A stretch of 13,928 bases of DNA from a virus (taxonomy: Duplodnaviria; Heunggongvirae; Uroviricota; Caudoviricetes): the IMG/VR virus record IMGVR_UViG_2648501669_000011; one strand, written 5' to 3'. Below the pieces are notes generated by a model. It did not search any database and had not been told where the DNA came from. It worked only from the letters and a program-made list of their open reading frames with translations. Both the position numbers and the translations under genes were made by a program. Shown here piece by piece: positions 7,870 to 13,928 of the stretch. The first letter of the stretch is position 1, and every line of letters begins with the position of its first letter.

Positions 7870-8199
7870 ATGTCAAAAAATTTTGTTCAGGACGGAAAAA
7901 ACGTCGACTGGCTGAACGGGACCGGAAAGGCGGTGTCATCTGGCGATCTGGTTGTTCAGGATAATCTTGTTGGTGTTGCTCACGCTGATATTCCGGACGG
8001 GGATGTGGGCATTCTGCATACGGTGGGGGTTTTCTCTTTGCCTAAAGAGGCAGAGGCGCTGACGCAAGGCAGGCTGGTGTATTTCAAAGCGGATACGGCA
8101 ACACTGACTGCAACGAAATCAGGTAATACGCTGGTGGGAACAGTATGGGCATCGGCTGAAGCCGGAGATGCCTGTGTTTGTGTGCGTCTGGGGTACTGA
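7870..8199 (+). CDS. head decoration / capsid cement-like protein (DUF2190-like, about 109 aa)
   Basis: GGAG at 7860-7863 sits 6 nt before ATG 7870. Translation MSKNFVQDGKNVDW...SGDLVVQDNLVGVAHADIPDGDVGILHTVGVFSLPKEAEALTQGRLVYF...GNTLVGTVWA fits the pattern I recall for DUF2190 proteins that follow capsid genes. Size is close to lambda gpD. Confidence 0.6.
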   Translation: MSKNFVQDGKNVDWLNGTGKAVSSGDLVVQDNLVGVAHADIPDGDVGILHTVGVFSLPKEAEALTQGRLVYFKADTATLTATKSGNTLVGTVWASAEAGDACVCVRLGY

Positions 8200-8555
8200 T
8201 GCATCGATTTTATAAACGGCTGATGCGGGCAGATGCCCGCATTTCCCGGCTTTTTTCCGAGGAGTGTCCGGCGATACTGTCTATTGGCAGTGAGCGTCGC
8301 CCTGTTATGGTGATTTTTGAATCTCCGGATGCGCCGGTTCGTGTTCCGGGGGGTGGAGAAATTAACGATCAGGCTCCGGCATTCAGCGCACTGACAGAGG
8401 ATATTAAGGGGCTCAGCACAAACTGCGCAGTGGAGCTGAACCACGAATTTTACCGCGTCACGCATATTGGTGCGGATGAAATGGGGCGTACACGCGTAAC
8501 GCTCGGGCGTGGACGGGGGACGTCATTACCGACCATCGAATGGAGTAAAAAATAA
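8199..8555 (+). CDS. putative head-tail connector / head completion protein (118 aa)
   Basis: ATG 8199 overlaps the previous stop (TGATG). Position between decoration gene and tail genes. Translation begins MHRFYKRLMRADARISRLF. Function inferred from position only. Confidence 0.5.
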   Translation: MHRFYKRLMRADARISRLFSEECPAILSIGSERRPVMVIFESPDAPVRVPGGGEINDQAPAFSALTEDIKGLSTNCAVELNHEFYRVTHIGADEMGRTRVTLGRGRGTSLPTIEWSKK

Positions 8556-8576
8556 ACTTCATAAGGAGATATCGCA

Positions 8577-9260
8577 ATGGCGCGGGCATCACGCATCCGG
8601 CGAAATCTGTTGTTTGATATCGACGTCGAAGAATTGCGGGATATTGCGGCGCAGGCTGGTGCAACGCAGCACCAGTTCCGTCTGGCCTATTCCCGCGCAC
8701 TGAAGCGAACGGCATCAAAAATGCGCATGAAGGCGCTTGCGGAACTGAAAACCGGCCTGGCTCCCCGCAAAATGGACACACTGGACAGGCGGCTTTTTTC
8801 CACCCGCATTACCCGGGGTAATGCTATGGATGAAGCCCGTCTCTGGTTTGGCCTTAATGCGATCAAGATAAAAGATTTGCGCGGACGCATTCGTGGGCAA
8901 CGTGTCCGGCGTCATGATCTCCGTGATCCGGTAACCGGGCGGTTTATCAAAGAGAACCGTGTCCGGCGACGTCGCCGCAAAGCCAGCGATCCCGTTTTTG
9001 AACCCAACGGTTCGTTTTTATCTCCTGCCGCGTATGAAAACGGGCTGGTGATACGTAGTCGCAAAGAGAACCGACGAACAATCATCATCAAAAATCCTGA
9101 AACCGGGCGTGTCCGGGAGGCTGAAGCTGGTATTTATGCCAGCACGATGGATTATGTTGAAGATGTGGCTTTTGCGGAGTGCCTGGAAATTTTTATGAAA
9201 GAGTTCGAATCGGACATCCGGCGACGCGCGAAGTACGGCATTACCGTGGCCCCCCGATAA
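8577..9260 (+). CDS. Arg-rich basic virion morphogenesis protein (227 aa), function unknown
   Basis: AAGGAG at 8563-8568 sits 8 nt before ATG 8577. Highly basic, including RVRRRRRKASD. Lies between head and tail modules; no family recognised. Confidence 0.55.
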   Translation: MARASRIRRNLLFDIDVEELRDIAAQAGATQHQFRLAYSRALKRTASKMRMKALAELKTGLAPRKMDTLDRRLFSTRITRGNAMDEARLWFGLNAIKIKDLRGRIRGQRVRRHDLRDPVTGRFIKENRVRRRRRKASDPVFEPNGSFLSPAAYENGLVIRSRKENRRTIIIKNPETGRVREAEAGIYASTMDYVEDVAFAECLEIFMKEFESDIRRRAKYGITVAPR

Positions 9261-9274
9261 AATGTGAGGACGCA

Positions 9275-9844
9275 ATGGCTGAACCCTTATGCATGGCATC
9301 CTGGCACGCTGCTGTGCTGGATACCCTGAAAAAACTTAAATGGATCAATGATGCGGACACCTATCCGGAACGGGTCACGCAACTGGTCACTCCGGCGGTG
9401 TTTCTGGCGGTGGATGGCTGGGATGCGAAAAGCAATGCAGACGGGCAGATGACGGTGGTGTTGTCTGCCGCGCTGTGGGTACTGGTTGACCGTGCCGGTG
9501 AGCCGGATAAAGAAAAAAAAGAAGAACGCAGGGCGATAAAGCCGGATATTTTTATCCGTTCGGCGGCCGCCGCGTTGTCGCACTGGCTCGACGGGCAGAC
9601 GTTCGGACTGGCAAATGTGGAGCCTGCCATTTTTATATCAGCGGACGCAGATGAAACCGATCCGCGTCTGGATGATTATCTGGTCTGGCAGATTTCATTT
9701 AACCAGACGGTGACGTTTGGTATGGATCCCTTTGCCACGGATAACCTGCCGTTACAGCGGGCCTGGCTGGGCGTGGCACCGGAGATCGGGCGACAGCATG
9801 TGGATGATTATCGGCTGATTTTTGAGGGAAAGCCACGTGAATGA
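9275..9844 (+). CDS. putative tail completion / neck protein (189 aa)
   Basis: GAGG at 9266-9269 sits 5 nt before ATG 9275. Translation begins MAEPLCMASWHAAVLDTLKKLKW. Stop TGA at 9842-9844 overlaps the next gene's start. Functional call is positional. Confidence 0.5.
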   Translation: MAEPLCMASWHAAVLDTLKKLKWINDADTYPERVTQLVTPAVFLAVDGWDAKSNADGQMTVVLSAALWVLVDRAGEPDKEKKEERRAIKPDIFIRSAAAALSHWLDGQTFGLANVEPAIFISADADETDPRLDDYLVWQISFNQTVTFGMDPFATDNLPLQRAWLGVAPEIGRQHVDDYRLIFEGKPRE

Positions 9845-10457
9845 GGTTCTGGGGGATTTACAGCGTCGCCTGGCAAATATGGTCCGGCGTGGGGTGATCC
9901 ACTCGGTGCGGCTGGACGGTGGTTTTCCGGAATGCCGCGTGGATCTGGGGGATATTGTGACCACCTGGCTGCCATTGTGTCAGGGTTTTGCCGGGAAAAA
10001 CCGGGCAGATTTTGAGCCGTTTGCTGTGGGCGATGCGGTCACGGTACTGTCAGAGGCCGGGGAGCTGAATAACGGTCGTGTTTTTCCCGGCTGGAATACC
10101 GGTGAGGCACCGGCTCCGCAGGGCAGCGACAGTGAGCACATCACCCGTTACGGAGATGGCACGGAAATTTGCTATAACCGGGAGACGCACTCACTGACCA
10201 TTATTCTGGCGGAAGGGGGCACCTATGCCATTACCGGGAATGGTGTGCTGGACGGAAACGTCATGATCTCAGAAGACCTGATCGTGAACGGACGCACGAT
10301 GGTTGAAGGTGAAGTGGTGGTGAAAAGTGATTTTTATGCAAAAGGCGAGGTGACGGATAAATCCGGTAGCATGAGCCGGATCCGGGAAACGTTTAATGGA
10401 CACGACCATCCCGGAGACAGTGGGGGAACCACGAAAGTACCGAATCAGAAAATGTGA
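9837..10457 (+). CDS. baseplate central spike / assembly protein (P2 gpV / Mu gp45 family-like)
   Basis: GAGG at 9825-9828 sits 8 nt before GTG 9837. N-terminus VNEVLGDLQRRLANMVRRGVIHSV, internal TTWLP and AVGDAVTVLSEAGELNNGRVFPGW, and C-terminal HDHPGDSGGTT (10401-10433, an HxH motif) match my recollection of gpV-type spikes. Same size class as P2 gpV. Confidence 0.6.
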   Translation: MNEVLGDLQRRLANMVRRGVIHSVRLDGGFPECRVDLGDIVTTWLPLCQGFAGKNRADFEPFAVGDAVTVLSEAGELNNGRVFPGWNTGEAPAPQGSDSEHITRYGDGTEICYNRETHSLTIILAEGGTYAITGNGVLDGNVMISEDLIVNGRTMVEGEVVVKSDFYAKGEVTDKSGSMSRIRETFNGHDHPGDSGGTTKVPNQKM

Positions 10458-10495
10458 CCTGCTGCGGCAGGTTTTTTTATGTCCGGAGAATGCAA

Positions 10496-11956
10496 ATGGG
10501 GCAATTACATGGTGTGGAAACCATCGAGCTGACAGCAGGCACGGTGGCAGTAACCACAATAGAGACAGCCATTATTGGTGTGGTGGGAACCGCGCCGCAG
10601 GCTGCCGGAGCTGTGGCAGCGACACTGACAGCGGGAACGCCGCTGCTGGATAACGAGCTGACCTTTACGGCAAAAGCGGGGGGACGGAGCGGAAATACCA
10701 TTACCGTTATTGCTGAACAGGCTGTCAAAGAAAAAAGTGCGGGTGCGGTTCCCACGTCAGCAAAATGGGAAAACGGAAGCCTGTTGATTTGGCTTGGATG
10801 CAGTGAAGAGGGGGCAGGCAATGCCACCGTCAGTGATGTTGTGACGGCGGTGAATGGTGTGGCGGGGGCCGGGGTGAGTGCCACCGGCAGCGGTGACGGT
10901 ATTGTGTCGCCGTTTTCCGGCACACTGAGTGGCGGTGAAGATGAACCGTTTCCGCTGAACACGCCAGTGGCGATGGCGGGAACAACGGCGCTTTCACGTC
11001 TGGGGATCACCGGAACACTGAAGCAGGCGCTGACGGAGATTAACGACCAGCGTAACGCGCTGTCGGTGATCGTCCGGGTGGAAGAAAAAACGAAGCCGGA
11101 AGAGCAGCGTGCTGCCATTCTTGCGGGGATCAGCATGCTGTCATCGGCAAAATCCGTCACCACGTATCAGCCACGTATTGTGATTGCACCAGGATTCAGT
11201 GAAGACGATGCGGTGGGTAAGGCACTGGAAACGGTGGCCGGAAAACTGCGTGCAGTGGCGTACGTGGATTGTGCTGCGGGCGCGACACTGCAGGATGTGG
11301 TGCAGCGTCGCCAGTCTTACGGTGCCAGGACTGAATTACTGCGCCCGCGTGTGCAGGTCAGTAATGCAGAGGGGCAACTGGTGTATCGCCCGTATTCGGC
11401 CTTTGCTGCCGGACTGCGTGCCCGTATTGACTATGAAAAAGGGTGGTGGTGGAGCAAATCAAACCAGGAGGTTTACAACATCCTCGGTGTTGAGCAGGTG
11501 GATGAATTTATCCTCGGTGAGCGCAACTGTGATGCCAACCTGCTTAATATGCAGAATGTCTCCACCCTGATTCGCCGCGCCGGATTTAAACACTGGGGAA
11601 ACCGTCTGTGCTCGTCCCATCCCCAGTGGCATTTCGAGTCCGTCCGCCGTACTGCGGATGTGATTGAAGACAGTATTCAGGAGGCGATGCTGGCGTATGT
11701 TGACCGCCCGCTCGATCGCCAGAATGCGGACGATATCATCGGCACCATTAATGCGTATATGCGCCGTCTGGTGGCAGAAGGGGCCATCTTCGGGGGGCGG
11801 GCATGGCTGGATCCGGAACTGAATACCGCCGAAACACTGGCAGCCGGGGAACTGTACATCAACTATGACTTCGGTCCCAAATCGCCGACGGAACTTATCA
11901 GCATGCGGGTGAGCGTCAACAACGAATACGGCATTAAGGAGATGACGGCAACATGA
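10496..11956 (+). CDS. contractile tail sheath protein (P2 FI / Mu L family)
   Basis: GGAG at 10485-10488 sits 7 nt before ATG 10496. N-terminus MGQLHGVETIELTAGTVAVTTIETAIIGVVGTAP and C-terminal motifs GWWWSK, TLIRRAGFKHWGNRLCS, AETLAAGELYINYDF parallel P2 FI as I recall it. 486 aa. Confidence 0.8.
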   Translation: MGQLHGVETIELTAGTVAVTTIETAIIGVVGTAPQAAGAVAATLTAGTPLLDNELTFTAKAGGRSGNTITVIAEQAVKEKSAGAVPTSAKWENGSLLIWLGCSEEGAGNATVSDVVTAVNGVAGAGVSATGSGDGIVSPFSGTLSGGEDEPFPLNTPVAMAGTTALSRLGITGTLKQALTEINDQRNALSVIVRVEEKTKPEEQRAAILAGISMLSSAKSVTTYQPRIVIAPGFSEDDAVGKALETVAGKLRAVAYVDCAAGATLQDVVQRRQSYGARTELLRPRVQVSNAEGQLVYRPYSAFAAGLRARIDYEKGWWWSKSNQEVYNILGVEQVDEFILGERNCDANLLNMQNVSTLIRRAGFKHWGNRLCSSHPQWHFESVRRTADVIEDSIQEAMLAYVDRPLDRQNADDIIGTINAYMRRLVAEGAIFGGRAWLDPELNTAETLAAGELYINYDFGPKSPTELISMRVSVNNEYGIKEMTAT

Positions 11957-12459
11957 GCAGCAAAAACACATTACGCGCCTGGACTTTTTTCCGCCAGGGG
12001 ATCCGTATTCAGGGAGCGCATGAGTTCACGCCCCCCACGCTGTCCATAACCACCACTGATTTACGCACCGGGGCACAGGATGCCCCCACGCCGGTTGACG
12101 ACGGCATGGAGGCGCTGACCTGCCAGATTAAATTCTATGGTCTGGATACAGACATGCTGTCCAGTCTCGGATTTGTCAGTGGCAACCGCTCCCGCTTCAC
12201 GGCCTATCAGGGTTATCTGGCAAACGGCACCGCGCTGGGGACCACCGAAGAAATCGAAGGTTTTGTGAAAACGGTGACGCCGGATGCACGTGGAAACAGC
12301 AGCCTGTCAGAAAATGCGGTGACAGTGGAAATCGCGGTGAATTATTACCGTCAGACGCTGGAGGGGATCGAACTCATTATGATTGATACCGAGCGTTTCG
12401 AGCGTCGGATCAACGGTGTGAATGTACTTGCCGGTCTGTCGGCAAAAGTGCGTCTCTGA
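11953..12459 (+). CDS. tail tube protein (P2 FII / Mu M family)
   Basis: ATG 11953 overlaps the sheath stop (ATGA). 168 aa, immediately after the sheath gene. C-terminus YYRQTLEGIELIMIDTERFERRINGVNVL resembles the P2 FII C-terminus. Confidence 0.75.
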   Translation: MSSKNTLRAWTFFRQGIRIQGAHEFTPPTLSITTTDLRTGAQDAPTPVDDGMEALTCQIKFYGLDTDMLSSLGFVSGNRSRFTAYQGYLANGTALGTTEEIEGFVKTVTPDARGNSSLSENAVTVEIAVNYYRQTLEGIELIMIDTERFERRINGVNVLAGLSAKVRL

Positions 12460-12469
12460 TTAACACATA

Positions 12470-12492
12470 ACGGCCTGCGGGCCGTTTTTTTT
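12470..12492 (+). terminator. intrinsic terminator / attenuator between tube and chaperone genes
   Basis: CGGCC (12471-12475) pairs with GGCCG (12480-12484) around loop TGCG, followed by an 8-T run (12485-12492). AAGGAG for the next gene follows directly. Confidence 0.55.
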
Positions 12493-12504
12493 AAGGAGCA
12501 GATT

Positions 12505-12804
12505 ATGAATATTCCGGGCGAAACCCGCACCATCACACTGTACACGCCGGTCACTCTGGGAGGCGGGGCTGTGCTGGAACGCATCACCATGCGCGAACCG
12601 CTGGTGCGCGATCGCATTGCCTTCACCAAAGACCGGGGAACAGAAGAGGAAAAAGAGGCGCGTATGATTGCGCAGCTTTGTAATCTGAGTGAGCAGGATA
12701 TCTGGCTGCTGACCGCAGCGGATTATGCCCAGCTGACGGATGCCTTTAATGTTTTTATGCTGCCACCCGGGAAGCGACCGAAACCGAAATCTTCAGAGGG
12801 TTAA
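12505..12804 (+). CDS. tail assembly chaperone (P2 gpE-like), zero-frame product
   Basis: AAGGAG at 12492-12497 then ATG 12505. 99 aa (MNIPGETRTITLYTPVTLGG...MREPLVRDRIAFTKDRGTEEEKE) between tube and tape measure genes, as for P2 E. Confidence 0.7.
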   Translation: MNIPGETRTITLYTPVTLGGGAVLERITMREPLVRDRIAFTKDRGTEEEKEARMIAQLCNLSEQDIWLLTAADYAQLTDAFNVFMLPPGKRPKPKSSEG

Positions 12805-12932
12805 GGTTTCTCGGGCGGCGGCTGCATTTTCCTCTTTCCGATTATCTGTCCATGCCGTTCAGTGTGTTTACGGCATTTTTACTGGATGAAGTGGAGGCAG
12901 TAAAACGTGGGAAGCGTAAGCCAGAATCTTAA
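12505..12932 (+). CDS. predicted -1 frameshift product of the tail chaperone (gpE+E'-like, about 142 aa)
   Basis: The -1 frame is open only from 12750 (TAA at 12747-12749) to TAA at 12930-12932. A T5 run (12752-12756) sits at the start of that window, where tRNA-Phe on TTT 12754-12756 can re-pair at 12753-12755. The extension overlaps the tape measure start by 26 nt. Confidence 0.5.
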
Positions 12933-13928
12933 GGCTACCGTGTCGTTCGGGGGCAAACTGGACAGTTCGTGGTGCCGTTCGGCGACGGATCTGCGAAAAA
13001 ATTTGCAGGATGTGGAGCAGCAGGCTGCGCGTTTACGTAAGGAGCAGGCAGAGCTGGCAGCAGAAATGAAGCGGGCGGCGCTGGCAGGGAAGCGTTTTAA
13101 GTCGATGGAGGATGAATACGCCCGGCTCACTGCTGAAATTAAGAAAGCGGATGCGGCCCAGAAAAAACTGAACCGGAGCCTTGAGCGTCGCGATCGGCTC
13201 GGACGTTTTATGGGCAAAGGAAAAAGCCTGCTTGCCGGAACCGGCAAATTTGCCTGGAATGCCGGTCTGGCGATGGGAGGCGGGGCCGTGACCACGGCGC
13301 TTGGTGCGCTGATTGCTCCGGCTGCCATGAATGCGCAGACGGCTGAAACAGCGGGTAAAGCGACTGCGTATGGCGTGGATACCCGCACGTACATGAACTG
13401 GGACGCCCTGGCAAAACAGTACGATATGACCGGCGATAATATCGGGGATCTGTTTGAGGAATACCTGCATAAGGCCGGGGAATATAAACAAAATGGCAAG
13501 CAGAGTTCGCTTTCTGACGCCTTTGAAACGCTGGGATTTGAGGAAGGCGATCTTGCCGGACTGAGTGATAAGGAACAGTTCGAAAAAATTATCGACAGGG
13601 CGCTGTCACTGAAGGATGAATCAAAGGCATCGTTTGCGCTGGATGCATTGTTTGGTGGTGAAGCCAGTAAACTGCTGATGCTGATCAAACGTTCTGGAAA
13701 AAGTTTTCAGGAACTGCTGGCTGAGCAGGATAAATATAACCTGGTGACAAAAGAGGGTGTGGCTGGCGCACTCGCCGGAAACAAGGCTGTTTCTGATTTG
13801 CAGCAGGTTTTTTCTTCTGCGGTTGCAGAAATTTCCGGACAACTGGGCGCAGAGCTGGCCCCCGCCATACAAGAGACAGCGGGTGACCTGGCAGAGTGGT
13901 TTAAAGGCGGAGGCATTAAAAAGGTTGT
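12907..13928 (+). CDS. tail tape measure protein, N-terminal part (3' end beyond window)
   Basis: GGAGG at 12892-12896 sits 10 nt before GTG 12907. The frame is open for more than 340 codons to the window end, alpha-helical, Ala/Lys/Glu-rich, in the position expected after the chaperone genes. Missing from the ORF track because no stop lies in the window. Confidence 0.75.
   Translation, partial: MGSVSQNLKATVSFGGKLDSSWCRSATDLRKNLQDVEQQAARLRKEQAELAAEMKRAALAGKRFKSMEDEYARLTAEIKKADAAQKKLNRSLERRDRLGRFMGKGKSLLAGTGKFAWNAGLAMGGGAVTTALGALIAPAAMNAQTAETAGKATAYGVDTRTYMNWDALAKQYDMTGDNIGDLFEEYLHKAGEYKQNGKQSSLSDAFETLGFEEGDLAGLSDKEQFEKIIDRALSLKDESKASFALDALFGGEASKLLMLIKRSGKSFQELLAEQDKYNLVTKEGVAGALAGNKAVSDLQQVFSSAVAEISGQLGAELAPAIQETAGDLAEWFKGGGIKKV

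Noticed and set aside
9512-9519. A8 homopolymer run inside the 189-aa gene
   Set aside because: It simply encodes part of a KEKKEE stretch and neither adjacent frame is open beyond it, so a programmed slippage or phase-variation site is unsupported.
10477-11163. 228-aa minus-strand ORF inside the sheath gene; similar antisense ORFs at 6493-7065, 11459-11971, 3519-3989 and 7980-8465
   Set aside because: Each is fully contained in a strongly supported + strand structural gene and has no RBS context or recognisable features; most likely antisense shadow ORFs.
12879-13688. 269-aa minus-strand ORF (Ser/Ala-rich), with nested minus-strand ORFs at 13033-13491 and 13621-13872
   Set aside because: They lie antisense to the open + strand tape measure frame, which has a good RBS and the expected position. 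Their low-complexity translations are typical of shadow ORFs opposite a GC-biased gene.
1-13928. Search for a defence or otherwise novel multi-gene system (CRISPR repeats, toxin-antitoxin pairs, restriction-modification, retron-like structure, tRNA)
   Set aside because: Nothing seen. Every sizeable ORF is accounted for by a virion morphogenesis role, and no direct repeat arrays or structured RNA signatures stood out. Only the two small ORFs at 193-484 and the gene at 659-1054 remain functionally open.

Overview
The window reads as one continuous, + strand late (virion morphogenesis) operon of a cos-type tailed temperate phage or prophage of enterobacterial character. I see no rRNA, tRNA, CRISPR array, IS element, integrase or recognisable defence system, and nothing I can defend as a previously undescribed system. 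Gene order, left to right: a terminator closing an upstream unit; two tightly coupled small ORFs (membrane peptide + lipoprotein); a 131-aa acidic hypothetical protein; an AT-rich gap with a candidate cos site; lambda-type terminase small and large subunits; gpW-like and gpB-like portal proteins; a single 696-aa ORF combining a ClpP-like protease, a Gln/Ala-rich linker and a capsid-like domain; a small decoration-like protein; three uncharacterised virion proteins; then a contractile-tail block (gpV-like spike, sheath, tube, gpE-like chaperone with a probable -1 frameshift extension, and a tape measure protein cut by the window end). The points most worth follow-up are the lambda/Gifsy-type head joined to a P2-type tail, the three-part capsid gene with a possible internal start, four co-oriented Chi octamers, and the small ORF pair at the left edge. 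All family assignments come from reading the translations and from recalled motifs; no database search was run.
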